A DNA stretch of 64,000 nt, taken from positions 310,001 to 374,000 of the forward strand of contig NIVC01001237.1 of NCBI GenBank assembly GCA_002269645.1, in the 5' to 3' direction. The number at the start of each line of letters is the position of its first letter. Within the stretch, counting starts at the first letter, position 1. Below are positions 63,586 through 64,000 of the stretch, piece after piece. The translations under genes were made by a program, and so were the position numbers. Source of the DNA: Macrostomum lignano. Lineage: Eukaryota. The notes under the pieces are model-generated. The model was not told the origin of the DNA. It made no database searches and was given only the letters and a program-made list of their open reading frames with translations.

Positions 63586-64000
63586 GTCTCGCCAGTGAAG
63601 CAGAACGAGTGGACCGGCTCGAGAAAGTACATCGCCATTGACGCCTATTTCGGTGAAAAGCCCAACTTTGCGCAAGACATTGAAAGCTGGTTCTACGTCA
63701 TCATGGCCCTGCTATACGACGACTTGCCCTGGTCAGACGAGTACATCGTCAAACAGGTCGACGAAAACGCCGACGAGAAGACACGCTGGGATCTGGTTAA
63801 TAAGCTGAAGAAATCCTGGTGGGGCGAATACTCGGAAGCGACCAGTTTGAAAGAGCTGATCAACAATATTGCAGCCATACACAGTCACGAGCTGCCAGAC
63901 GTGAAGACCGTTCTGGAGCAGTTCCATAAGCGCGTGAAAGATCTTCGCAACTCGATGCGAAGCGTAGACGACGCCCAGACATTGCACTGCGAGTTGAGCA
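63586..64000 (+). CDS. CK1-superfamily kinase, exon 3 (runs off window)
   Basis: TTCAG|VSPVKQNEWTGSRKYIA..QDIESWFY..LPW (equivalent to CK1 GTxRYAS, DDLESLGY, LPW). Open to 64000; missed by the ORF track. Confidence 0.9.

Overview
Eukaryotic (invertebrate) genomic DNA, rich in introns and tandem repeats. The style resembles the flatworm Macrostomum, but that is an inference I cannot confirm. The first ~19.3 kb holds no recognisable host gene and is largely non-autonomous Helitrons with canonical termini (5' TC, a GC hairpin 7-8 nt before a 3' CTAG, AT target). Three copies are fused head-to-tail on the minus strand (1-9179), one is a 1.2-kb minus-strand element (13477-14633), and one is a 3-kb plus-strand element (16276-19247). 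They carry satellite cassettes: a 23-bp satellite, ~30-bp and 18-bp repeats, TTAGGG runs and GACA/GATA microsatellites. I reconstructed five spliced genes by hand from GT-AG boundaries. (1) A SPOP-like MATH-BTB gene (+, 20163-23822) with two homopolymer frameshifts. (2) A syntaxin-7/12-like Qa-SNARE (+, 28217-33587, 262 aa) with a solo LTR in intron 3. (3) A GnRH/AKH/corazonin-receptor-like GPCR (+, 40369-52460, 7 exons). (4) The C-terminal part of a JIP3/JIP4 (UNC-16) scaffold gene (-, 58368-54363). (5) A divergent CK1-superfamily kinase (+, 60769 to beyond 64000). Almost every intron carries its own distinct minisatellite. Most ORFs in the supplied track are artefacts of these repeats.
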